This document shows positions 22,790-31,253 of a DNA stretch of 36,303 nt, piece by piece. The notes under the pieces are model-generated. The model searched no databases, was not told the DNA's origin, and was given only the letters and a program-made list of their open reading frames with translations. The number at the start of each line of letters is the position of its first letter. Within the stretch, counting starts at the first letter, position 1. This stretch comes from a virus (lineage: Duplodnaviria > Caudoviricetes), in IMG/VR virus record IMGVR_UViG_3300037697_000022, positions 1 through 36,303 of that record. One strand, 5' to 3'. Both the position numbers and the translations under genes were made by a program.

Positions 22790-23320
22790 ATGACCAGACA
22801 ACTGACAATGAGCCCGGCACGACTGGCCTTGATGGGCTTCTATGCGGCTCTCGCCTTTGTTGCGTGGGCAGCGTTTGCCACGCCGGTGCAGGCGCAAGCC
22901 GATCCCCGCACGCCAGTGGGGTACTTGGTCATGTGCTTGGAATACCCGGAAGAGTGCCGGGGCGGCGGCGGCATTGTGCCAATGACCGAAGAGCTGATCG
23001 TCATGCTGGCCGACGTGAACAAGGCTGTGAACCAGAACATGGTGCAGGTCGCCGATGCGCCCGGCACCGACACGTGGAACCCCAACGAATGGGCGGCGGG
23101 CGACTGTGAGGAGTTCGTCATGGCCAAGCGCCGGGTGTTGAAGTTCATTGGCGTGCCCATTGAGGCGATGATGATCGGCGTGGTGCTGCTGGAGAACGGT
23201 GAGGGACACGCGATCCTCGTGGTCATGACAGACGAAGGCACCCTGACGCTCGACAACCTGACCAACGACGTGGTCCCGGTCGCGCGGACGCCCTATCGGT
23301 TGGTGATGTTGCTGCCCTGA
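22790..23320 (+). CDS. Bacterial transglutaminase-like cysteine protease (BTLCP, peptidase C93; LapG/HvyA-like) with signal peptide
   Basis: Signal peptide ending AQA; L..VN..VN, D.W, GDCEEF..AKR (Cys), GEGHAILVV.TD.G (His), LDNL (Asp). Confidence 0.9.
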   Translation: MTRQLTMSPARLALMGFYAALAFVAWAAFATPVQAQADPRTPVGYLVMCLEYPEECRGGGGIVPMTEELIVMLADVNKAVNQNMVQVADAPGTDTWNPNEWAAGDCEEFVMAKRRVLKFIGVPIEAMMIGVVLLENGEGHAILVVMTDEGTLTLDNLTNDVVPVARTPYRLVMLLP

Positions 23321-23371
23321 CAGAATGGGAATATAAGCCTCGCCAAAGGAGGGATGATGTGAGGCATCCCC

Positions 23372-23590
23372 TTGGCAGAAGTTATCAGGGCGCAGTCCTG
23401 CAAGAGCTGCAAATTCTACAGCGTCGTTGGCGGAGGGCCTGAGTGCCACCGCTTCCCACCCGTCACCCAACTGTTCCTCGCCGCCGTGGATCAGAAGGGT
23501 AAGCCCACCTTCAATCGCGCCACCACCTTCGCCGCCACTGAGCCGAACGCTTGGTGCGGTGAATACCAACGCTCGCTGATGTCGTCATGA
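23372..23590 (+). CDS. Small Cys-rich phage protein
   Basis: CKSCKF...CHRFPP...WCGE. Confidence 0.72.
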   Translation: MAEVIRAQSCKSCKFYSVVGGGPECHRFPPVTQLFLAAVDQKGKPTFNRATTFAATEPNAWCGEYQRSLMSS

Positions 23591-23718
23591 TGGTGCTGGC
23601 GCAAGATATCAGGACGCCATTGGTCAGCGTCGATACCGGCGACCCGTGGGTCGATCTGCTGGTGTTTCTGATCGCCATCGTGGCCATCGTGGTCGCCTAT
23701 CGGCTGATCCGAAAGTGA
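23587..23718 (+). CDS. Small single-TM membrane protein (43 aa)
   Basis: Not in the ORF track. MMVLAQDIRTPLVSVDTGDPWVDLLVFLIAIVAIVVAYRLIRK; 4-nt overlaps at both ends. Confidence 0.68.
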   Translation: MMVLAQDIRTPLVSVDTGDPWVDLLVFLIAIVAIVVAYRLIRK

Positions 23719-25124
23719 CCTTCATCCTGACATCAAAGCAGGTGGTGACCATCACCTTGTTCGGTGGGGATCAGATTCACACTCTGCTCTATGGCGGGTC
23801 ACGATCCGGCAAAAGCTTCATCATCCTCCGGACCATCATCAACCGGGCACTCTGGTGTCCACGCTCGCGCCACTTGATGGCGCGTTTTCGTCTCAGCCAT
23901 ATCAAGGCGTCGCTGGTCGCGGAGACGATGCCGAACGTGGTCCGGCTCTGCTTTCCTGAGCTGGAACATGAAATCGACCACAACAAATCAGAGCAGTGTT
24001 ACGTGTTCCCGAACGGCTCGGAACTTTGGTACGCGGGGCTCGATGACAAGGATCGCACCGAGAAGATTCTCGGTAAGGAGTTCGCCACGGTCTTCGTCAA
24101 TGAGTGCTCTCAGGTGCCGTGGGCGTCGCGCAACATGGTGACCACGCGCCTCGCGCAAAAGACGTGGCGGGAGAACCCGGACGATCCCGAGAGGCCGCTG
24201 TCCGGCCTGCGGCTCAAAGCGTTCTACGATGAAAACCCGCCGCTCAAAACCCACTGGACCCACAAGATTTTCATCGAGAAGAAGTCGCCGGACACCAACC
24301 GGATGCTGGCCAATCCGGAGAACTTCCAGTCGCTGCTGATCAATCCCGAGGACAACAAGGACAACATCGCCCCGGAATACCTTGGGGAGCTGGATCAACT
24401 GCCGGAACGCATGCGCAAGCGCTTCCGCGACGGGCAGTTCGGTGAGGCCGGTGAGGGCGCTCTGTGGACCGAGTTCCTGCTCGAACAGCAGCATATCGAC
24501 AACGACAACGATCTCCCCGGCTGGCAGCGCATTGTCATCGCGGTCGATCCGAGCGGCGCCTCCGATCAGGATGACGCGCACCGTGACGAGATCGGCATCG
24601 TGATTGCGGCGCTCGGCGACAACGGCAAGGCGTACGTGCTCGAAGACCTGACCATGAAGGGCTCGCCCGGCGAGTGGGGAGAAGCTGTGGTCAAAGCCTA
24701 TCGGCGCTGGGGCGCGGATCGCGTCGTCGGGGAAGAGAATTTCGGCGGCGCCATGGTGCAGTTCGTGATCCAGACGGCCGCCGCCAAGCAAGGTGTCCGC
24801 GTCAACTACTCGGCGGTCACTGCCAGCCGGGGCAAGGTGGTCCGGGCGGAGCCGATTGCAGCGCTCTATGAGACGCAGGATGTCTGGCACGTCGCCGGCC
24901 TCGATAGCCTCGAAACCGAATTGTGCCTCATGACCACTTCCGGATACATGGGAGATCGCTCGCCAAACCGCGCCGACGCTCTCGTTTGGGCACTGACATC
25001 CCTATTCCCATCGGTGATCCAACAGGCTAAAGCTATGGCCGCAGGACAAGTGAGAGGCGCACCACCCCGAATCAACCTCGGTCACGCCCAGAGCAAGGCG
25101 CGGCGGATGCTGAAAGGCAGGTGA
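23715..25124 (+). CDS. terL: Terminase large subunit
   Basis: Walker A GGSRSGKS, Walker B variant VFVNE, RNase H-like IAVDPS and SPNRADALVWA; start placed at GTG 23715 (GTGA overlap). Confidence 0.95.
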   Translation: MTFILTSKQVVTITLFGGDQIHTLLYGGSRSGKSFIILRTIINRALWCPRSRHLMARFRLSHIKASLVAETMPNVVRLCFPELEHEIDHNKSEQCYVFPNGSELWYAGLDDKDRTEKILGKEFATVFVNECSQVPWASRNMVTTRLAQKTWRENPDDPERPLSGLRLKAFYDENPPLKTHWTHKIFIEKKSPDTNRMLANPENFQSLLINPEDNKDNIAPEYLGELDQLPERMRKRFRDGQFGEAGEGALWTEFLLEQQHIDNDNDLPGWQRIVIAVDPSGASDQDDAHRDEIGIVIAALGDNGKAYVLEDLTMKGSPGEWGEAVVKAYRRWGADRVVGEENFGGAMVQFVIQTAAAKQGVRVNYSAVTASRGKVVRAEPIAALYETQDVWHVAGLDSLETELCLMTTSGYMGDRSPNRADALVWALTSLFPSVIQQAKAMAAGQVRGAPPRINLGHAQSKARRMLKGR

Positions 25125-25127
25125 GCT

Positions 25128-25385
25128 ATGGGTGGTCTTTTCGGCGGCGGTAGCAGCAGCAAAAAGTCAACATCATCGTCCGCGACCAACCTGAACGCGG
25201 TCAAAGGACCGTATCCAGACGACAACGCCAAGCGCATGCCTGTGTACAACTCGCCCTCGGCGATTGAGGCCGGGCGCCGCAAGCGGCGTGAGATCATGGC
25301 CCGGTCTGGGCGCTCCTCCACGCGGCTGGTGAGTGACGCCGGCGTTCGGCCCTATCAGGGCTCGCTGTTGGGCAATACGACATGA
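25128..25385 (+). CDS. Small basic virion protein preceding the portal
   Basis: MGGLFGG...RRKRR...GRSST...LLG; position typical of podoviruses. Confidence 0.7.
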   Translation: MGGLFGGGSSSKKSTSSSATNLNAVKGPYPDDNAKRMPVYNSPSAIEAGRRKRREIMARSGRSSTRLVSDAGVRPYQGSLLGNTT

Positions 25386-27043
25386 CAGATGTCGTCACCG
25401 AAAACATGATGTCGATCTCCGCCGGGCTGTTCACGAAGAAGCGCCCGTGGGATCAGCTGTGTCAGGATATCGCCGAACACTTCTACCCGGTGCGCGCCAA
25501 CTTCACCCAGACCAACGTGCTGGGGTCTGACTTCGCCATGGGGATCATGGATTCCCACACCATCAACGTCCGTGAGGAGCTGTCGAACGCCGTCGACTCG
25601 ATGCTGCGGCAGGGCGACTGGTTCACGGTCGGCACCGGCGACGAGGACCGCGATAAAGAGTCGGCCAACTCCCGCGCTCTGGAACGCGCCACCCAGATCA
25701 TGTGGGCGATCCTCCACGATCCGCGCGCCAATTTCGCCCCGGCGACCAAGGAGGCGGATCACGATTGGGTGGCCTTCGGAAACCCGGTGCTCAGCGTCGA
25801 AGAGAACAATGCCCGCGATTTTCTGCGCGTGCGGGCGTGGCATCCGGGCACCTGCGCATGGCTGGACGATGATGACGGTCAAACCAACGTCGTGCACCGC
25901 AAGTTCACCATGCAGGCGAGGATCGTCAAGCGCATGGTCGAAACCGGCCGCTGGGAAGGGCCGCTGGACCGCGATATCGAAATGATGTGCCGGGACAACC
26001 CCGGCAAGGAAATCAACTTCCTGCATATCGTGATGCCGTCCGATGAGGTGTACGGCAGCGACGGCAAGAAGATGCGCGACCTCCGCCATCCCTTCGTCAG
26101 CTGCTACATCGACGTTGACCACCGCCAGAAGATGCACGAATCGGGTGAGCCGCTTATGCCGTACATGGCGCCGCGCTGGCGCCGGCTCAGCGGCTTCAAC
26201 TTCGGGTTCAGCCCGGCCGCCATGAACAGCCTGCCTGACGCCCGGATGTTGCAGGACATGGCGCGCGTGATCCTCGAACAGGGTGAGAAGGCGGTCGACC
26301 CGCCGATCATCGGCGCCGGTGAGGTGTTCACCCGCGACATGAACCTCTACGCCGGCGGCTTCACCTATGTCGACATGCCGGCGGGCGCCAAGCTCGGCGA
26401 CCTCATGACCACCGTCGAGACATCGGAAGGGCTGCGCACCGGCGTTGAGCTGAAACAGGACGTGCGCGCCCTGATCACCGAAGCCTTCCTGCTCAACAAG
26501 CTCTACCTGCCCGGAGCGCGCGAAATGCGCGAGCTGGAAGTGGCGGTGCGCACAGAAGAGTTCCGCCGCGCCGCGCTGCCGTTCTTCACGCCTATCGAAA
26601 GTGAGTACCACACCCCGCTGTTGGGCAAGGTCTTCGACCGCGCTGTGCTCATGGGGCTGATCCCGCGCGAAATGTTCCCCGAAGAGCTGACGGATGAAGA
26701 GGTGCGGTTCACCTTCCATTCGCCGCTCAACGAAGCGGAGGGCAAGGCGATGGTCGAATCGTTCAACATCATGATGCAAACGGTGGCGGCGTCGGCGCAG
26801 GTCGATGAAACCGTGGCCAACATCATCAACATCCGTGAGGCCACCCGCGACGCTGTGCGCGGTGGCGGTGCCAAGGCGACGTGGCTGCTGTCCGAGAAGG
26901 AAATGAAGAAGAAGGACGTGGAAGCCGAACAGGTGCAGCAGCTGCGGCAGGGCGCACAGATCGCACGCGAGGGCGCCGGCGTGGTGTCGGATGTCTCCAA
27001 TGCCGCGATGGCAGCTGAGCAGGCCGGGCTGCTGCCGCAATGA
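25382..27043 (+). CDS. Portal protein (T7/BPP-1-type head-tail connector)
   Basis: 553 aa; W......FYP, FGN, PY..PRW......G.SPA...LPD.R.LQ, EKAVDPP, SPL. Confidence 0.92.
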   Translation: MTDVVTENMMSISAGLFTKKRPWDQLCQDIAEHFYPVRANFTQTNVLGSDFAMGIMDSHTINVREELSNAVDSMLRQGDWFTVGTGDEDRDKESANSRALERATQIMWAILHDPRANFAPATKEADHDWVAFGNPVLSVEENNARDFLRVRAWHPGTCAWLDDDDGQTNVVHRKFTMQARIVKRMVETGRWEGPLDRDIEMMCRDNPGKEINFLHIVMPSDEVYGSDGKKMRDLRHPFVSCYIDVDHRQKMHESGEPLMPYMAPRWRRLSGFNFGFSPAAMNSLPDARMLQDMARVILEQGEKAVDPPIIGAGEVFTRDMNLYAGGFTYVDMPAGAKLGDLMTTVETSEGLRTGVELKQDVRALITEAFLLNKLYLPGAREMRELEVAVRTEEFRRAALPFFTPIESEYHTPLLGKVFDRAVLMGLIPREMFPEELTDEEVRFTFHSPLNEAEGKAMVESFNIMMQTVAASAQVDETVANIINIREATRDAVRGGGAKATWLLSEKEMKKKDVEAEQVQQLRQGAQIAREGAGVVSDVSNAAMAAEQAGLLPQ

Positions 27044-27330
27044 CCCTCGAAGAGCTGGAAGCGCTGGTCGTGACCCTCGAAGCGCGGATCGTCACGCTCG
27101 AAGCCGATCTGGTCACGACGCGCGCCGACGCCGCCAAGCTGGTGGCCGATAGGGCAAGGGATCGTGCTGAAACCAATGCCACGATGGCCCGTCTCAGAAG
27201 CGACCTTCGGCGCGGGCGCGACAGTCTGGCGCAAATACCAGAGGCCATCCGCAACGGTCCCGGCCGCCTCGATCCGCGCGTCGAATATGTGAAGGTGGGC
27301 AACCGTAAGGTCTTGCGTCTTAAGAGATAG
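27040..27330 (+). CDS. Hypothetical protein with N-terminal coiled coil
   Basis: ATGA overlap. Confidence 0.7.
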   Translation: MTLEELEALVVTLEARIVTLEADLVTTRADAAKLVADRARDRAETNATMARLRSDLRRGRDSLAQIPEAIRNGPGRLDPRVEYVKVGNRKVLRLKR

Positions 27331-27363
27331 GGAATATGTTCCTCTCGCGGAGCATGAGGCAGG

Positions 27364-27681
27364 ATGATAATCCCACCGAAGATCACAGAAGACGAAGTGC
27401 ACGCCATGGTCGCCTGCGCGGACGGTGTCGCCAACGCGCGGCAGGCCAAAGTGGCGCTGGATTGGGTAATGAGGGAAGCGTCGCGGGTTCTCGACCTGAG
27501 CTATCAGGAAAACAGCCGTGACGGGACGATTTTCGCGGAGGGGCGCCGGTACGTCGGCATGCTGATCCGCCAGATGCTGGAGCCGGAAACTCTGGCAAGG
27601 GCCAAGTCGGAAGCGAGGAAGAAGGGCAACCGCCCGATCATGACCGATGCGCAAGCTGAGGCCATCGTAACCCGCAAGTGA
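27364..27681 (+). CDS. Bbp19-like phage protein
   Basis: FAEGRRYVG..I motif, between portal and scaffold. Confidence 0.75.
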   Translation: MIIPPKITEDEVHAMVACADGVANARQAKVALDWVMREASRVLDLSYQENSRDGTIFAEGRRYVGMLIRQMLEPETLARAKSEARKKGNRPIMTDAQAEAIVTRK

Positions 27682-27689
27682 GGCCCGAA

Positions 27690-28625
27690 ATGGCAGACGA
27701 ACAGAACGACCAACAGAAGCCCGATCCCGCCGCCGAAGCCGCAGCTGCCACAGCTGCCGCCGAAGCCGCCAAAGGCGGTAATCAGAAACCCAACGAACAG
27801 TCCGCGCTCGATAAGGGCGGTGAGGACAAGGGCGGCAACGGACCCACCGACTTCCCGGAAAACTGGCGCGAGCTGGCGGCCGGCGGTGACGCCAAGCTGG
27901 CCAAGGAGCTGGAACGCTTCGCCACCCCGGTCGATCTGGCCAAGGCAGAGTTCGCCGCCAAGCAGAAAATCCGCGCCGGCTCGGTCAGCGCCGATCCGCC
28001 GCCGGATGGGGAGAAGGACCCGGACGGGCTGAAAAAGTGGCGCGAAGAGCGGGGTATCCCGCTTGACCCCGCCGACTACAAGGTGCCGGATGACACCTCC
28101 AAGCGGCTCTATGATGAGGACAAGCCGATCCTCGAATCCTTCATCGCTGAGGCGCACAAGGCCAACATGCCGCAGGCCGTGGTGGACTTCGCCACCGGCT
28201 GGTACGTCGAGCTGCAAGAGAAGGCGGCTGAGGCTGAGGCGGCCAACGACAAAGCGCTCTCGACCAAGGCTGAGGACGATCTGCGCAGCGAGTGGGGACA
28301 GGACTACCGTCCCAACATGAGCATGGCCAAGCGCGTGGCCACCGAAACCGTCAAGGGTATCGACTGGTTCGATGCCCGCCTGCCGGACGGCCGCAAGCTT
28401 GGGGACATTCCTGAGTTCATCAAGGGGCTGGTGCAGTATGGCCGCAACGCCTATGGCGACGGCGCATTCGTTGGGGAGGAGGCGGCGACCCGCACAACGG
28501 ATCGCATCAAAGAGATTGAAAACATCATGGCAACTGATATAAGCAAGTACACGCCTGCGGTGCGGGCTGAGTACGCCGAACTTATGGCGGCTCAGGTCGC
28601 AAACAAGGCGGCAAAGGCTCGGTAA
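27690..28625 (+). CDS. Capsid assembly scaffolding protein
   Basis: Acidic/Ala-rich N-terminus; G.P..PADY, LRSEWG.DY..N; lies just before the capsid gene. Confidence 0.85.
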   Translation: MADEQNDQQKPDPAAEAAAATAAAEAAKGGNQKPNEQSALDKGGEDKGGNGPTDFPENWRELAAGGDAKLAKELERFATPVDLAKAEFAAKQKIRAGSVSADPPPDGEKDPDGLKKWREERGIPLDPADYKVPDDTSKRLYDEDKPILESFIAEAHKANMPQAVVDFATGWYVELQEKAAEAEAANDKALSTKAEDDLRSEWGQDYRPNMSMAKRVATETVKGIDWFDARLPDGRKLGDIPEFIKGLVQYGRNAYGDGAFVGEEAATRTTDRIKEIENIMATDISKYTPAVRAEYAELMAAQVANKAAKAR

Positions 28626-28788
28626 GCCACTAAACCCCGATCTGAGGGGTCGGCAACGCCGGTCCCTCGCCACTCGTGAAGCCCCTGCGGCTCCCGGCTT
28701 TCCCACCCTCTGAGGTGGCCCCGGCCAGACCAACGGCCTTCCTGCACGACACGGCTTAACAACCCTGTTTTGTAGAGGAGGCCCGAAA

Positions 28789-29628
28789 ATGGCCGTTCAA
28801 GCTGCGATTGAAATCTTCAAGAAGGAGATGGTGCTCACCTTCGAGCAGCGCCGCTCCAAGCTCTCCGCCGCCGCCACCAAGGAAGCACTGTCCAATGGCC
28901 ACGTGGTCACATGGGTGGTGTCCGGCTCGGGTGGCGCCACTGCCGTGACACGCGGTCAGAACGGTGACATCCCGTACGGCGGTCCCAGCAACACGCAGGT
29001 CAGCGCGACCCTTGTCGAGAAGCATGCGCCTCAGAGCCTCACCGGCTTTGACGTGTTCGCCTCGCAGGGCAACCAGACCATGCTGATGCAGGAAAACAGC
29101 TACGCCATCATCCGGCGCGATCAGGATCAGACCATCATTGATGAGCTGGCCAACGCCACGCAGGATTTCGGCTCTGGCACCCTCACCCTCGACACCATCA
29201 CCGGCGCCCGCGCCATCCTTGGTGGGCAGGAAGTTCCTGTCGATGAAGAGGACAACATGTTCGCGCTGATCACCCCGGCAGCTGAGGCGTACTTGCTCCA
29301 GATGACCGAGTTCACCAATGCGGACTACGTCGACGTGAAGCCGCTGACCGGCGGCATCGCCACCAAGTACCGCCGCTGGATGGGCTTCAACTGGATCGTC
29401 TCGACCCAGCTGCCCGGCATCGCCGGTGCCTCCGAGAAGCTGTTCTTCTACCATCGCTCGGCCATCGGCTATGCGGTGAACATGGGTGAGGAGAAAATCT
29501 TCGCCGGGTTCAACGAAGAGCAGCAGCGCTCGTGGTCGCTGTGCACGATCTACCACACCGCCAAGCTTCTGCAAGACTCCGGTGTGGTCGTGGTTGGGCA
29601 CAACGGTGCGTCCTTCGTGGCGACCTAA
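28789..29628 (+). CDS. Major capsid protein
   Basis: 279 aa; AI.R..DQ.II, I.P....LL...EFTNADYV, WMGFNWIVS; strong RBS; position. Confidence 0.9.
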   Translation: MAVQAAIEIFKKEMVLTFEQRRSKLSAAATKEALSNGHVVTWVVSGSGGATAVTRGQNGDIPYGGPSNTQVSATLVEKHAPQSLTGFDVFASQGNQTMLMQENSYAIIRRDQDQTIIDELANATQDFGSGTLTLDTITGARAILGGQEVPVDEEDNMFALITPAAEAYLLQMTEFTNADYVDVKPLTGGIATKYRRWMGFNWIVSTQLPGIAGASEKLFFYHRSAIGYAVNMGEEKIFAGFNEEQQRSWSLCTIYHTAKLLQDSGVVVVGHNGASFVAT

Positions 29629-29654
29629 TCGGCCTGATGGCCAGCTAACCCTGT

Positions 29655-29678
29655 AGGGCGGGATTTCGGTCCCGCCCT
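29655..29678 (+). terminator. Stable hairpin after the capsid gene (stabiliser or weak terminator)
   Basis: AGGGCGGGA-T-TTCG-G-TCCCGCCCT; no clear U-tract. Confidence 0.55.
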
Positions 29679-29702
29679 CTAGTCCAAAAGGAACCGATCA
29701 AA

Positions 29703-29963
29703 ATGGCTTACGCTGCAACAAACCCGCCCCGTGCGATCATCAACATGGTCGGTAATGGCGGTCACGTCTGGCTCTACACCCACACCGATGTGCACACCGA
29801 TGTCGATGCCACCAACTACTTCACCGATGGCCTCGCTCTCGGCATGAAGGTCAACGACGTGGTGATCGTGGTGAAGACCACCACGACCATTGGCGCAACG
29901 CTCCATGTGGTCACCGAAGTGTCGTCTGACGGCGCCACGGTGGCCGCTGCGATCTTGTCCTAA
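29703..29963 (+). CDS. Probable capsid decoration protein
   Basis: 86 aa, beta-rich, directly after the capsid gene; Y...D....V....YF.DG..LGMKV.DVV. Confidence 0.65.
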   Translation: MAYAATNPPRAIINMVGNGGHVWLYTHTDVHTDVDATNYFTDGLALGMKVNDVVIVVKTTTTIGATLHVVTEVSSDGATVAAAILS

Positions 29964-30085
29964 TCCGGCCTGATCGCTCTCTTTCGACTGTGGTGCGCCT
30001 CATGCTACGGTCGGATACGGGCAGCGCGGTTCCGCTCGCCGCGCTGCCCAACCTCAATTTGAGGCACCAACCGTGAGGCTCCAAA

Positions 30086-30601
30086 ATGACTTTCAAGGCT
30101 CTCCCCAACAAGTCCCTCCAGTTCTCGGCTGACTATCAGCGGCAGACGTGGCACGCGGAAGTGCCCAACGACACGCTGCTCGAAGAAGTGCTGATGCCGG
30201 CGTTCTGGGTCCACGTCGCCGCCCGGATCAAGGCGCATGCGCTGATCGACGTGGTGACCAAGGACGGGCTGCTCGATCTCCAGCTCCGCGTGACCAGCAT
30301 CGAAGGTGGCATCGTCGTGGTGCGCCCGCGCTTCGTCTACGAAGACAAGGAGGCACGTCAGCTCGCCATCGCCGTGAGCAATCTCCAGAATGCGGAGATC
30401 GAAAGCGAGGCGGCTCCCTCCGAACGCCGCCGGCCGCCCGAAGGGTACAAGGTCGGCTTCAACCCCGCGAAGAAGACCTACTATGCTCAATTCAAGGGCA
30501 CCGGGCAGAAGATCGCCGAAGGTCTGGCGTCGTGGGACAAGGGCGTTGACGCCTGCGAAGCGCACGACAAGAAGCTGCGCACTCCTGCAAAGGCCGCGTA
30601 A
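30086..30601 (+). CDS. Hypothetical virion-module protein
   Basis: Clean ORF between the decoration and tail genes. Confidence 0.72.
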   Translation: MTFKALPNKSLQFSADYQRQTWHAEVPNDTLLEEVLMPAFWVHVAARIKAHALIDVVTKDGLLDLQLRVTSIEGGIVVVRPRFVYEDKEARQLAIAVSNLQNAEIESEAAPSERRRPPEGYKVGFNPAKKTYYAQFKGTGQKIAEGLASWDKGVDACEAHDKKLRTPAKAA

Positions 30602-31239
30602 TGACCAGCAAGCTGGCACTCTACAACCGGGCGCTGAGTTACCTCTCGACTCAGCGTCTGGCCGATCTGACGGAAGACAAAACAGCCCGCTATGAGCTGG
30701 ACGCCGTCTATGCTGAGTGCCGGCAGGAAATGCTCGAAAAGGGGTTGTGGAAGTTCGCGCTGCGCACCTCAGAGCTGACGGCGGACCCGGATATCGACAC
30801 CTCCTTCGGGCTCCCCTACGCCTACGTCATCCCCGATGATTTCGTGCGCCTCGCCGGTATCTCGACCGATGACCGCTTCACCAATGAGGATGAGTCGTAC
30901 ATCGAAGAGAACGGCAAGTGGTACTCTGAGCACAGCCGCCTCTATGTGCGCTATGTGTCGAACGACAACGCCTATGGCTTCGATCTCGGCAAGTACCCAG
31001 AGAACTACTGCTCGGCGTTCGGCGCCTTCATGGCGCTCCGGACAGCTCTCCCGATCACCAAGGATCGCGGCGACCGCAACGATCTGGTGCAGCTGAGTGA
31101 GGAGCTGTTGCAGACAGCCAAGCGTCTCGACGCCGTCGATGAGCGCGTGAAGCGCAAGCCGGCCGGGCGCTGGACGCGGGCGCGCGGGATTAGCACCGGG
31201 CCACACTTCGCTGGCGGTCGCATGGGATGGCGGGGCTGA
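30601..31239 (+). CDS. Tail tubular protein A / adaptor (T7 gp11-like)
   Basis: N.AL..L, Y...R..ML....W.FA, YAY.IP.DF.RL; size and position. Confidence 0.85.
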   Translation: MTSKLALYNRALSYLSTQRLADLTEDKTARYELDAVYAECRQEMLEKGLWKFALRTSELTADPDIDTSFGLPYAYVIPDDFVRLAGISTDDRFTNEDESYIEENGKWYSEHSRLYVRYVSNDNAYGFDLGKYPENYCSAFGAFMALRTALPITKDRGDRNDLVQLSEELLQTAKRLDAVDERVKRKPAGRWTRARGISTGPHFAGGRMGWRG

Positions 31240-31253
31240 AAGGTGGTTAAGCC

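Noticed and set aside
23646-23714. Extended N-terminus of TerL from the ORF track
   Set aside because: The region is better explained by the 43-aa membrane-protein gene whose stop overlaps GTG 23715.
14423-23718. Assigning a holin/lysis cassette to the small membrane proteins
   Set aside because: No adjacent endolysin or spanin in the window; the M15 domain belongs to an ejection protein.
25355-28733. Long minus-strand ORFs (25355-27040, 26503-27654, 27504-28733) and similar ones elsewhere (626-1405, 23988-24890)
   Set aside because: Shadow ORFs opposite well-supported genes, expected in high-GC DNA; no recognisable motifs.
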